A stretch of DNA of 26,961 bases from Candidatus Methylomirabilia bacterium (GTDB taxonomy: Bacteria; Methylomirabilota; Methylomirabilia; Rokubacteriales; CSP1-6): positions 1 through 26,961 of the forward strand of contig JBHIBG010000034.1 in NCBI GenBank assembly GCA_046758965.1, given 5' to 3'. Below the pieces are notes generated by a model. That model saw nothing but the letters and a program-made list of their open reading frames with translations, made no database searches and was not told where the DNA came from. Positions within the stretch are counted from its first letter, which is position 1. Each line of letters opens with the position of its first letter. Shown here in pieces: positions 17,879 through 26,234 of this stretch. The position numbers were made by a program, and so were the translations under genes.

Positions 17879-18151
17879 ATGGATCCCAGAAGAGTCATCC
17901 CGGTCGCCATCGCCTGCGTGCTCGTTGGAGTCCTGATCGGGTACCTCCGGTGGGGGCGCGAGACCCAAACCCTCGTCGGCGAGCGCGATGAGATACAGGC
18001 CAGTCTGACGGCCGAGACCGCGCGCTCGCGAGAGATCGAGACCAAGCTCGAGCGGGCCGAATCGGAGCTCAAGGAGCTCGCCGACGAGCTGGAGTTCGAG
18101 CGGCAGCGGCGCCTCAAGCTGGAGGGCTTGATCAGCGAGGGCCGCAAGTAG
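17879..18151 (+). CDS. Small hypothetical protein with N-terminal TM anchor and coiled coil
   Basis: GGAGGAG SD, hydrophobic VIPVAIACVLVGVLIGYL, then an E/R/L-rich heptad pattern. Confidence 0.75.
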   Translation: MDPRRVIPVAIACVLVGVLIGYLRWGRETQTLVGERDEIQASLTAETARSREIETKLERAESELKELADELEFERQRRLKLEGLISEGRK

Positions 18152-18154
18152 CCC

Positions 18155-19357
18155 TTACGCGCCGAACTTCGTGAACCTGAGCCCGTTGGCGAGGACCAGC
18201 GGCATCAACTCCTGAGCCGCCAAGACCCCCAGGCTGCCGGCGGCACAGGCGCGTTCGCTGAAGCGGGTGACGGGATCGGCCCCGCAGTAGGCGCTCCAGA
18301 GAAGGACCGGGACCGGCTGCCATCCGTGTCCTTTCAGGATCGCGGGGCTGGCGTGGTCGCCGGTGACAGCCAAGACGTCGGGCTTGAGGCTGAGAATGTC
18401 AGGGATGAAGCGGTCCAAGCGCTCCAGCGCCGCCACCTTGGCGGCGAAATCGCCGTCCTCTCCCGCCTTGTCGGTGTCCTTGTAGTGGAGGAAGAAGAAG
18501 TCGAACTCCTCCCAGTGCTGACGGAGCGCGGCCAGTTCATCGGCGAAGGTGGCGTCGGTCTTCAGCGCTTCCATCCCGACCAGGCGCGCCAACCCCCGGT
18601 ACATGGGGTACGCCGCAATGGCGGCCGCCTTGAGGCCGTAAAGCCCCGGGAAGCGCGGGAGCTCGGGAAGCCGGTCAAACCCGCGCAGGAGCACCGTGTT
18701 GGCCGGCGCCGAGTCAACCAGAACCGACCGCGCCCGCTCCACGAACCGGTTGACGATCAGCGCGGTCCGCTCGGCCTCCGGCGAGAGGGCCTTGACGGGA
18801 ATCGGGGGGGCGCCGAGGGCTTGCGGGTCGGTCTCGGTGAGCTGGCCGGAGAGATCGGGACCGCGGAGCACGAGGACAAAGCGGTGCTCCTTCACAGGCT
18901 CGACGAAAAGCTCCGCTCCCTCGAGCGGGATCTCCCTGAGCCGTTGGCAGAGGGAGACGCAGAGTTCGGTGGCAATGCGGCCGGCACGCCGGTCCGTGAT
19001 CCGCCCCTCCCGATCCACGGTACAGAAGTTCCCGCGCGCCGCCACGTCCTCCGGCCGGAGCTCGAAGTCAATGCCGAGAGCCTCGAGCACGCCGCGTCCG
19101 ACCCGGTACCGGAGCGGGTCGTAGCCGAAGAGCCCCAGGTGTCCGGGCCCGCTCCCGGGCGTGATCCCCGGGGCCACGTGTCGCAGGAGGCCGCACGCCG
19201 AACGCTCTGCGAGGGCATGGAGATTCGGGAGCCGGGCGGTTTCGAGCTCGGATTTTCCGGTGTCCGGGTGGGGGAGACCCCCGAGCCCGTCGGCGGAGAG
19301 CAGAACGAGCTTGGTGGTGTTGGACACTGCCAGGGAGCGGATCAGCTCAAAGTCCAT
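18155..19357 (-). CDS. apgM: 2,3-bisphosphoglycerate-independent phosphoglycerate mutase, archaeal/AP-superfamily type
   Basis: ADGLGGLP...ELETA..PNL, ITPGSGPGHLGLFGYDP, AARGNF, DRRAGRI, YPMYRGLA, TDKAGEDGD, TGDHASP. Confidence 0.92.
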   Translation of the reverse strand: MDFELIRSLAVSNTTKLVLLSADGLGGLPHPDTGKSELETARLPNLHALAERSACGLLRHVAPGITPGSGPGHLGLFGYDPLRYRVGRGVLEALGIDFELRPEDVAARGNFCTVDREGRITDRRAGRIATELCVSLCQRLREIPLEGAELFVEPVKEHRFVLVLRGPDLSGQLTETDPQALGAPPIPVKALSPEAERTALIVNRFVERARSVLVDSAPANTVLLRGFDRLPELPRFPGLYGLKAAAIAAYPMYRGLARLVGMEALKTDATFADELAALRQHWEEFDFFFLHYKDTDKAGEDGDFAAKVAALERLDRFIPDILSLKPDVLAVTGDHASPAILKGHGWQPVPVLLWSAYCGADPVTRFSERACAAGSLGVLAAQELMPLVLANGLRFTKFGA

Positions 19358-19646
19358 TGCTGTCCCCGATCCACTCGGCCACGTGGACGCGCATCTCGCT
19401 GAGGTAGCGGAAGTGGCCGTCGAACTCGTAGGCCACGATCTGCTGCTCGTCAGCGTCCAGGAAGCGGATCACGAAACGGTCCGCCGCGAGCTCCCGCGCG
19501 TCGATCGAGCGGCATCCATACGCGGCCAGCCCGAGCCGCTCCATCAGCTCCGGCAGCGTGAAGGCATGATCGCCCACCAGGAGCAGCCTGGATCCCGCTC
19601 CCATGGCCCCGAACCGCGCCTCGAACGCCTCACGCCGTCTGCCCAT
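19347..19646 (-). CDS. Hypothetical protein (~99 aa) overlapping the apgM start
   Basis: Globular-looking sequence (RFLDADEQQIVAYEFD..FRYLSEMRVHVAEWIG) with an 11 nt overlap with apgM. Start taken at ATG 19646. Confidence 0.7.
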   Translation of the reverse strand: MGRRREAFEARFGAMGAGSRLLLVGDHAFTLPELMERLGLAAYGCRSIDARELAADRFVIRFLDADEQQIVAYEFDGHFRYLSEMRVHVAEWIGDSNGL

Positions 19647-19741
19647 CTCTCTCGTTGTGCACCCGCAGAATATCATCCGCCCTCAACCCGGGCAACGGGA
19701 TGGGGAACTGCCGGGGTCCACGTGGAGAAAAAAGGGAGGGG

Positions 19742-19771
19742 TTGATGGGCGCGGAAGCGGTCTGCTATAGT
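19742..19771 (+). promoter_or_regulatory. Sigma70-type promoter of the CoA-transferase operon
   Basis: TTGATG (19742-19747), 18 bp spacer, TATAGT (19766-19771) with an extended TGn. A divergent TGaTATTCT lies on the minus strand at 19667-19675. Confidence 0.6.
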
Positions 19772-19850
19772 TTGCTGGCGCTCCCCGGCCTTCCCCGGTG
19801 GCGCCTCTCTGCTGCTTCTTCATCCGGACGTGAAGGAGGCACAACACATT

Positions 19851-21275
19851 ATGCCTGACGTTGAAGCCCTCAAAGGCGGCCGCCGCGGCCGCCCCCCCTG
19901 GCCGGCCGTTCCACCTCCGACGCCCGATGAAGTGTACGGCAACCTGGCGGAGCCTGCCCGGCAGTATCCGAAGTTCCTCGAATCCATCGTTCACCCGGCG
20001 CAGACCTACTCCAAACCGGAGGCCCTGGACCGGATCCGTGTCCTCGATTGCTCGACCGGCATGATTATCGGTCACTGGGCCTCCTCCATGCTGGCCGAGC
20101 TGGGGGCCGAGGTCATCCAGCTGGAGCCCCCGGGCGGTGACCCGCTACGGCAGCTCACCCCTTTCGGCCGCAAGGAGTACATGGTCAAGGATCGTGAGCG
20201 AGGCGAGCCGGTCGGACTGCACTTCCTCCACGAGATGCGGAACAAGTTCTCCGTCACCCTGGATCTGACCAAGAAAGAGGGGCGGGAGGTGCTCAAGAAG
20301 CTGGCCGCGCACCTGGACGTCGTGATCGAGAACGCCCCGCCCGGCCAGTGGGACAAGTGGGGGATCGGGTACCGCCAGCTCTCCAAGATCAACCCTCGGC
20401 TGATCTATTGCTGGGTGGGGCAGCGCGGGCAGTGGGGCCCACTCAAGGACAGGCCCGGCATGCGCGATCCGGTCGCTCAGTGCGCCTCGGGATTTGTCCA
20501 TGGCACCGGGGATCCCAAGGAGTTCGGTGGCCGCCCGACGCGCTCCGGGATGTGGATGGCTGACCACGTGGGCGGGACGGCTGCCGCCATGGGGATCGTC
20601 GCGGCATTGATTCACCGCGAGCGCACCTCCGGTAAGGGGCAGTTCATCGAGGCCACCGCGGCAGAGGGAGTCATCAGGATTCTGGACTACAACTGGGCCT
20701 GGCACGGTATGGACGGGAGCATCCGTCCCCGTTACGGCAACTGGGACCTGGCCATCAATATCTACGCGGTGAACCCGTGCAAGGACGGATACATGATGGT
20801 CGGCGGCGGTCACGACCGCCTGTGGTACCGGATCTGGAAGACGGTAGGTGACGAGGCGCCGCAGGCCGAAGAGGAGATCATCGCCGATCCCAACCTCCGC
20901 AAGGTCTCAGAGCGGCTCCCCCACACCCGCCAGGTGAAGACCTACACGCTCCTCTGCGAGTGGCTGAAGGACAACACCCGCGCTGAGGCCGAGCGAAAAC
21001 TGGTTCGCCAGGAGGTCGCCTCGGGCGGGGTCATGGCGATCCACGAGGTCGCCGAGTACCCGCACTTCAAGTACCGCCGCCAGGTGCAGGAAGTCGACGA
21101 CCAGCTGTACGGAAAGTTGCTGGTGGGGAGCTCGCCGCAGCTGGCAGAGAAAATCCCGGCGCGGCTCAAGTGGGTGGGGCGTCCCGTAGGATACGACACC
21201 GAGGATGTGTACCGGCGGCTCATCGGCTTCACCCGCGAGGATTTCAGCCGACTCGCCAAGCGGAAGGTGATCTGA
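19851..21275 (+). CDS. Family III CoA-transferase (CaiB/BaiF/Frc), paralog 1 (type A)
   Basis: IRVLDCS...LAELGAEVIQLEPPGGD, RNKFSVTLDL, DVVIEN, INPRLIY and catalytic-position Asp in WMADHVGG. AAGGAGG SD at 19833-19839. Confidence 0.92.
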   Translation: MPDVEALKGGRRGRPPWPAVPPPTPDEVYGNLAEPARQYPKFLESIVHPAQTYSKPEALDRIRVLDCSTGMIIGHWASSMLAELGAEVIQLEPPGGDPLRQLTPFGRKEYMVKDRERGEPVGLHFLHEMRNKFSVTLDLTKKEGREVLKKLAAHLDVVIENAPPGQWDKWGIGYRQLSKINPRLIYCWVGQRGQWGPLKDRPGMRDPVAQCASGFVHGTGDPKEFGGRPTRSGMWMADHVGGTAAAMGIVAALIHRERTSGKGQFIEATAAEGVIRILDYNWAWHGMDGSIRPRYGNWDLAINIYAVNPCKDGYMMVGGGHDRLWYRIWKTVGDEAPQAEEEIIADPNLRKVSERLPHTRQVKTYTLLCEWLKDNTRAEAERKLVRQEVASGGVMAIHEVAEYPHFKYRRQVQEVDDQLYGKLLVGSSPQLAEKIPARLKWVGRPVGYDTEDVYRRLIGFTREDFSRLAKRKVI

Positions 21276-22705
21276 TGGCGGCGAAACGGAAAAAACAGAC
21301 CAAGAGCAAGGCCCGGGCCGTTAGACCCCTCCCCCCCATCCTCTCCCCAGCGGGGAGAGGGAAGGGTGAGGGGGGATTCGAGCGCTACTGCCGTGAGACC
21401 TTCGGCCCGGCTTCCGTCTTCGCCAAGCCCGAGGTCCTCAAGGGCTACCGGGTCCTCTCCTGCAGCCAGTACATCCTCGGCCCCTCCTGCGCCAGCTACC
21501 TGGCCGAGCTGGGCGCGGAGGTGATCAAGATCGAGCTGCCGCGCCGCGGCGAGCCCATGCGGCATTCCACACCGGGCAACGAGGGCTTCTTCTACCCGCT
21601 GTCCCGCTGGGTTCCCGAGTCCGGAACCGGGCTCGGGTTCCTGGGGGCCAACTTCAATGAGCACTTCATCTCCATGGATTTCCACCGGCCCGAGGCGCGG
21701 GAGCTGATGTACAAGCTTGCCGCCAAGGTCGACGTCGTGGTGGAGAATTATCGCCCCGGCACCTTCGACCGCTGGGGGATCGGCTACCGTCAGCTCCGCG
21801 AGATCAATCCGCGCCTGATCTACATCTGGCTCGGCGGCTTCGGCGGCTGGGGCCCGGGGCGCGTGCGCGCCTCCTACGACATCCTGGGTCAGGCCCAGGG
21901 GGGCGCCTTTTCCATCACCGGGATCCAGGAGGAGTTCGGGGGGTCCCCCGCCAAGCACACCATCTGGCTGGCTGACTACTGGGGCGGGATGATGGGTGCC
22001 CTCCACGCGCTCTCGGCCCTCTACTGGCGTGACAATGTGTCGGGGGAAGGCACCTTCATCGAGTACAGCCAGGTTCACGGCGTGTCGCGCCAGCTCGAGT
22101 ACGCCCTCCCCCTGTACGGCCGCTACGGCGTCATCCGCGAGCGGTGGGGGAACTGGGACACCGAGCTCTGCGTCCACGGGATCATCAAGTGCGGGAAATC
22201 CTCCTACCCCGGCTCCGACAACCCCCAGGAGCAGGAGGAAGGGTACATCCTGGTCTCGGCGTACGAGGACGAGGAGTTCGCTCGCCTCTGCAAGGTCATC
22301 GGCCAGGAGAAGCTGGCGCGGCTGTATAAGAGCCGCGACGTGCGCGTGCGCCCGGACAGCCAGCGGGAGATCTACGCGGCGCTCGAGGGGTGGGCCAAGG
22401 ACAAGACCAAGGAGCAGGTGGCCCAGATCCTGGATCGGGCCGACATCCTGACCCAGCCGGTGTGGAACGCCAAGGAGGTGGCCAACCACCCCCACTGGCG
22501 AGAGCGGGGCTCCACGTTCTGGCTGGACGATCCGACGTACGGCGATCTGCTTTCCCAGGGGTCCGCTTACAAGATGTCGGAGACCCCACCCCGGGTCAAA
22601 TGGGCGTTGAAGCCCATCGGCGCCGACAACGAATCGATCTACGGTAGGCTTTGCGGGCTCAGCGCCGAGGAGATCCGGCGTCTGGAGGCCGAGGAGATCA
22701 TCTGA
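21275..22705 (+). CDS. Family III CoA-transferase, paralog 2 (type B)
   Basis: ILGPSCASYLAELGAEVIKIE, DVVVENYRPG, RASYD and WLADYWGG. TGATG overlap with paralog 1. Confidence 0.92.
   Translation: MAAKRKKQTKSKARAVRPLPPILSPAGRGKGEGGFERYCRETFGPASVFAKPEVLKGYRVLSCSQYILGPSCASYLAELGAEVIKIELPRRGEPMRHSTPGNEGFFYPLSRWVPESGTGLGFLGANFNEHFISMDFHRPEARELMYKLAAKVDVVVENYRPGTFDRWGIGYRQLREINPRLIYIWLGGFGGWGPGRVRASYDILGQAQGGAFSITGIQEEFGGSPAKHTIWLADYWGGMMGALHALSALYWRDNVSGEGTFIEYSQVHGVSRQLEYALPLYGRYGVIRERWGNWDTELCVHGIIKCGKSSYPGSDNPQEQEEGYILVSAYEDEEFARLCKVIGQEKLARLYKSRDVRVRPDSQREIYAALEGWAKDKTKEQVAQILDRADILTQPVWNAKEVANHPHWRERGSTFWLDDPTYGDLLSQGSAYKMSETPPRVKWALKPIGADNESIYGRLCGLSAEEIRRLEAEEII
21326..21375. repeat. Hairpin (REP-like) repeat lying in frame within a coding sequence
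   Basis: Inner stem CCTCTCCCC-agc-GGGGAGAGG inside an outer CCCCTCCCCC/GGGTGAGGGG stem. Same architecture as 26129-26179. Confidence 0.75.
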
Positions 22706-22730
22706 GAAGGGGTTTCCCGGGAGGGGCGAC

Positions 22731-23126
22731 ATGTTCCTCAAGTGTCCGAAGTGCGGGGTAAAAAATTATCTGGACCCATACCCCTTCTGGAACTTCAAGG
22801 GGAAGACCAAGTGCGCGGGGTGTGACAGCTGCTACGCGATCGAGATCGCAAACGGGAGTGCGGTGAAGCCTCCCGTGCCCATCGCCGGCAGCGCGAAGGA
22901 TCCAGACGTGATGCTTCCGGGCTTTGCCGACACTGCCGATTTCAAGCCGGTCATGGGGGATCAGAAGACGCGGCCGGCTCCCCGCGCCCGGGCCGACGTC
23001 TACGGCAGGCCCAAGCCGATCGTGCGGAATGTCCGGGGGCGGTTGGTCGCGGGCAGGCCCCTCAAGCCGGAAGAGCTCGTGGGCTCGCGTGCCCGCTACA
23101 TCGTCGAGGGCAAGGAGCCGAGATGA
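22731..23126 (+). CDS. Zn-ribbon/rubredoxin-like CxxC-x19-CxxC protein with Pro/Arg-rich C-terminal extension
   Basis: CPKC...CAGC. GGAGG SD. ATGA overlap with CoA-transferase 3. Confidence 0.82.
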   Translation: MFLKCPKCGVKNYLDPYPFWNFKGKTKCAGCDSCYAIEIANGSAVKPPVPIAGSAKDPDVMLPGFADTADFKPVMGDQKTRPAPRARADVYGRPKPIVRNVRGRLVAGRPLKPEELVGSRARYIVEGKEPR

Positions 23127-24442
23127 GCGAAGGCTATTTCGAGTACACCGGACGCCTCTTCGACACCACCAGGTTATTTGACAAGCCCGAAGCCCTCCGG
23201 GGAATCCGCGTCCTCGAGCTGACCACGCTCATCCTGGGCCCCACCACGGCGGATTTCCTGGGCGAGTTCGGCGCCGAGGTGATCAAGGTGGAGCTCCCGC
23301 CGGCCGGCGACACGATGCGCTACGTTACCCCCGAAGCCACGTTCTGGCAGAATGCCTCCCTGGGCTTCTTCGCCGAAAACCACTCCAAGTACCACATCGG
23401 CATCGATCTTCACGCCGAGGCCGGGAAGGAACTGTTCAGGCAGCTCGCGGCCAGGTCCGACGTGATGGTGGAGAATTTCCGGGCGGGCACCCTTGACCGG
23501 TGGGGGATCGGCTATCGCCAGCTCCGCGAGGTCAACCCGCGGCTCATTTATGTGGCCGCCTCCGGCTTCGGGCAGTGGGGGCCCTTCTCCGTGGGGCGGG
23601 CATCGTACGATGCCGTAGCCCAGACCGTGAGCGGGATGGTGGGGATTACGGGATTCCCCGGGCGGCCGCCGATCCTCTGTGGGATCTTCATCGGCGATTG
23701 GTTCGGGGGATTGATGGCCGCCACCGCGGCGCTGATGGCGCTGCACCACCGCCACAGGAGCGGCGAGGGCCAGCTTATCGACTTCGCCCAGTCAGAGGGG
23801 CTGATCCGCTCGCTGGACTGGACATGGGTGCGCGACGGCCTCACCGGGCAGCACCGAGAGCCTGTGGGGAACCGTGACGAGGCGCTCGTCCCCTCCGATC
23901 TCTTCCGCTGCCGCAACGGCTTCGTGGCCATCGCCGCGCCCCGCGACGAAGAGTTCCGCGGACTCTGCGCGGCCATGGGCGAGCCCGGGCTGGCGAGCGA
24001 TCCTCGCTTCGCCACGCTCCAGGCCCGTCTGGAGCCCGCCCATGCTGAGGCCCTTCTTCAGAGGGTCCGGAGCTGGGCGGCCGAGAGAACCCGGAGCGAG
24101 ATCGAGGGGCTCGCCGAAAAGCACGGCTTCGCCGCCGCGCGGGTGGCCACGGGGGAGGACCGCTATACCGATGACCACCTGCGGACCCGGGCCACCGTGT
24201 GGGGTTACGAAGACCCCCTCTACGGCGACATGGTGGAGCACGGTCCGGGTCCCAAACTCTCGGAGACCCCCGGGCGGATGCGCTGGTCAGCCAAGCCGGT
24301 GGGGTGGCACAACGAAGAGGTTCTGGGCAGACTCCTGGGGCTCTCGCCGCTCCGGATCCGTGAGCTGGAGGGGCAGAAGGTGGTCGGAAGGTGGGCGGAT
24401 CGCCCGGGTGCGAAACCGCCTCAGGACCGGAGTCCGGCGTGA
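23123..24442 (+). CDS. Family III CoA-transferase, paralog 3 (type B)
   Basis: IRVLELTTLILGPTTADFLGEFGAEVIKVE, DVMVENFRAG, SGFGQWGP, RASYD and FIGDWFGG. Confidence 0.92.
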   Translation: MSEGYFEYTGRLFDTTRLFDKPEALRGIRVLELTTLILGPTTADFLGEFGAEVIKVELPPAGDTMRYVTPEATFWQNASLGFFAENHSKYHIGIDLHAEAGKELFRQLAARSDVMVENFRAGTLDRWGIGYRQLREVNPRLIYVAASGFGQWGPFSVGRASYDAVAQTVSGMVGITGFPGRPPILCGIFIGDWFGGLMAATAALMALHHRHRSGEGQLIDFAQSEGLIRSLDWTWVRDGLTGQHREPVGNRDEALVPSDLFRCRNGFVAIAAPRDEEFRGLCAAMGEPGLASDPRFATLQARLEPAHAEALLQRVRSWAAERTRSEIEGLAEKHGFAAARVATGEDRYTDDHLRTRATVWGYEDPLYGDMVEHGPGPKLSETPGRMRWSAKPVGWHNEEVLGRLLGLSPLRIRELEGQKVVGRWADRPGAKPPQDRSPA

Positions 24443-25749
24443 GCGATTCACAGGTCCCCTGGTCCGAGTACGCGAAAGCCGTGACAAACCCTGCCCGCGC
24501 CTCCGAGAAGCCCGAGGCCCTCAGCGACCTCCGCGTGCTGGACTGCTCGCAAGGGAACTTTGCCGCCCTTTTCTGTTCCTCCGTCCTGGCTGAGTTCGGG
24601 GCTGAGGTGATCCGGGTGGAGCCTCCGGCGGGGGATGTCGCCCGGCTCTTCTCTCCCCAAGGGTTCCTTCACCGCGGGACAGGGCTGGGCTATCTGGTCG
24701 AAGGCCGGAACAAGCGCCACATCACCCTCAACCTGGAAACCGGTCAGGGGCGGGAACTCTTCGCCAGTTTGGCGCGCCACGTGGATGTCGTCATCGAGAG
24801 CGCCAAGCCAGGCCAGATGGACGAGTGGGGGATCGGCTACCGCCAGCTCTCCGAGGCGAACCCGCGACTGATCTACGTCGCGTTCTCATGTTACGGCCAG
24901 TTCGGCCCCAGGGCCGCCACCCCGATCCCTGACTACGACATCACCGCCCAGGCTCTCTCCGGGGTCCCCTATACCACGGGTGAGCCGGCGGGAGCGGGGC
25001 CCGCGGAGTCCTCGGTGCCGACCAAACAGGGGAACTGGATCGCGTGGTACGTGGGGGGCGGTTGGGGAGCCTTCGCGGTGATGGCGGCGATGGCCTGGCG
25101 CTGGGCGTCGGGGCGGGGGCAGTTCGTGGACTGCACTCCCGCCGAGGGGGCGATGCGGCTGACCGACTACGATGTGCACTGGTATCACTCGCACCGCCGG
25201 GTGCGGGAGCGCGTGGGAGCCCTGAACATCTGCGTTTTCCCGTACACCCTCATCAAAACCAAGGACTCCTACTCGTTCATCGCGGGCTTCTCCGATATCA
25301 ACTGGACCGGCCTCAGCAACATCATGGGGAGGCCGGACCTCAAGGAGCAGTATCCAACCACCCGCGACCGGGTCGGCAACTCCAAAGGACTCCACGCCGA
25401 GCTGGAGGCGTGGAGCGCGGAGCTGACCTCCCAGCAGATCCTCGACAAGGTCCAGGACTATATGCTCAACAAGCGTGGCCCGGGGACGGTAGCCACAGCG
25501 AGGCTCAACCGGCCAGTTGATACGCTGGCGGAGTCCCACTGGTGGGAACGTGGGGTGTTCCAGAAGGTGGAGGACCCGGATTACGGCGAGCTGCTGCTCC
25601 AGGCGCCGCCGTGGAAGATGTCCGGGACCCCGCCCAGGATCAAGTGGGCTTGTCGGCCCGTGGGGGCTGACACCGAGGGCGTTTACTTGAAGTACCTGGG
25701 CCTCGGCAAGTCACGCCTGAGAGCGCTCAAGGCGGAGGGCGTGCTCTAG
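24439..25749 (+). CDS. Family III CoA-transferase-like protein, paralog 4 (type A), catalytic Asp replaced by Trp
   Basis: LRVLDCS...LAEFGAEVIRVEPPAGD, GRNKRHITLNL, NPRLIY. WIAWYVGG aligns with xxADxxGG in the paralogs. GTGA overlap with paralog 3. Confidence 0.9.
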   Translation: MSDSQVPWSEYAKAVTNPARASEKPEALSDLRVLDCSQGNFAALFCSSVLAEFGAEVIRVEPPAGDVARLFSPQGFLHRGTGLGYLVEGRNKRHITLNLETGQGRELFASLARHVDVVIESAKPGQMDEWGIGYRQLSEANPRLIYVAFSCYGQFGPRAATPIPDYDITAQALSGVPYTTGEPAGAGPAESSVPTKQGNWIAWYVGGGWGAFAVMAAMAWRWASGRGQFVDCTPAEGAMRLTDYDVHWYHSHRRVRERVGALNICVFPYTLIKTKDSYSFIAGFSDINWTGLSNIMGRPDLKEQYPTTRDRVGNSKGLHAELEAWSAELTSQQILDKVQDYMLNKRGPGTVATARLNRPVDTLAESHWWERGVFQKVEDPDYGELLLQAPPWKMSGTPPRIKWACRPVGADTEGVYLKYLGLGKSRLRALKAEGVL

Positions 25750-25776
25750 CCCCGGGGCCCTGTGGGAGGCGAAGCC

Positions 25777-26127
25777 GTGAAGACTCGCAGAGGGCTCAGC
25801 ATCGTTCTGACGGGAATTCTGCTGCTACCCGGGCCTCTGGGCCCGGTGGCGTGGGCTGACCATGCGCAGTTACCGAGGGCTTCGGAGGAGCAGCCCGGCG
25901 CCGGCTACGAAGCGGGGGCTCTCGCCGTCAACGTGGTTCACGTCCCCGGCAAGGCCGTCCTCTGCACGGTGAGTGGCGTGGTGGGATTCGTCATGCTCGT
26001 CGTCACGTTCGGGAGCGGTTATGCGACCGCGGCCTGGGCTGTCCGGGAAGGCTGTGGCGGTGCGTGGACGATCACTGCCGAGGATCTCAAACGAGCCCAG
26101 GAGGAGGGGCTCGGCAGCCTGTATTAA
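25777..26127 (+). CDS. Hypothetical secreted/membrane protein
   Basis: GGAGG SD before GTG 25777. Signal-peptide-like N-terminus ending AWA, a hydrophobic segment and two Cys (KAVLC...EGCGG). Confidence 0.7.
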   Translation: MKTRRGLSIVLTGILLLPGPLGPVAWADHAQLPRASEEQPGAGYEAGALAVNVVHVPGKAVLCTVSGVVGFVMLVVTFGSGYATAAWAVREGCGGAWTITAEDLKRAQEEGLGSLY

Positions 26128-26128
26128 T

Positions 26129-26179
26129 CCCCCTCCCCTCTCTCCCCCTCGAAGGGGGAGAGGGTTACAGGTGAGGGGG
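26129..26179. repeat. Intergenic hairpin (REP-like) repeat
   Basis: Stem CTCTCCCCCT-cga-AGGGGGAGAG inside an outer CCCCCTCCCCT/AGGTGAGGGGG stem, right after a stop codon. No U-tract. Confidence 0.75.
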
Positions 26180-26234
26180 TCGAGAGAGATCGGACTCAAG
26201 AGCAGCTGTCAAGAGTTCGTCCTGGAGGCGACTC

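Noticed and set aside
17593..18147. Apparent 185-aa N-terminal extension of OtsA
   Set aside because: It is antisense to the 17879-18151 gene and crosses a promoter region. GT20 similarity starts near ATG 17592.
20355..24880. Four near-identical DNA stretches (TGGGGGATCGGxTAxCGxCAGCTC) as a possible repeat array or CRISPR
   Set aside because: They lie more than 1 kb apart, inside paralogous genes, and vary at third codon positions. They simply encode WGIGYRQL.
26129..26179. Rho-independent terminator
   Set aside because: No U-tract on either strand. It matches the hairpin repeat found elsewhere in the window.
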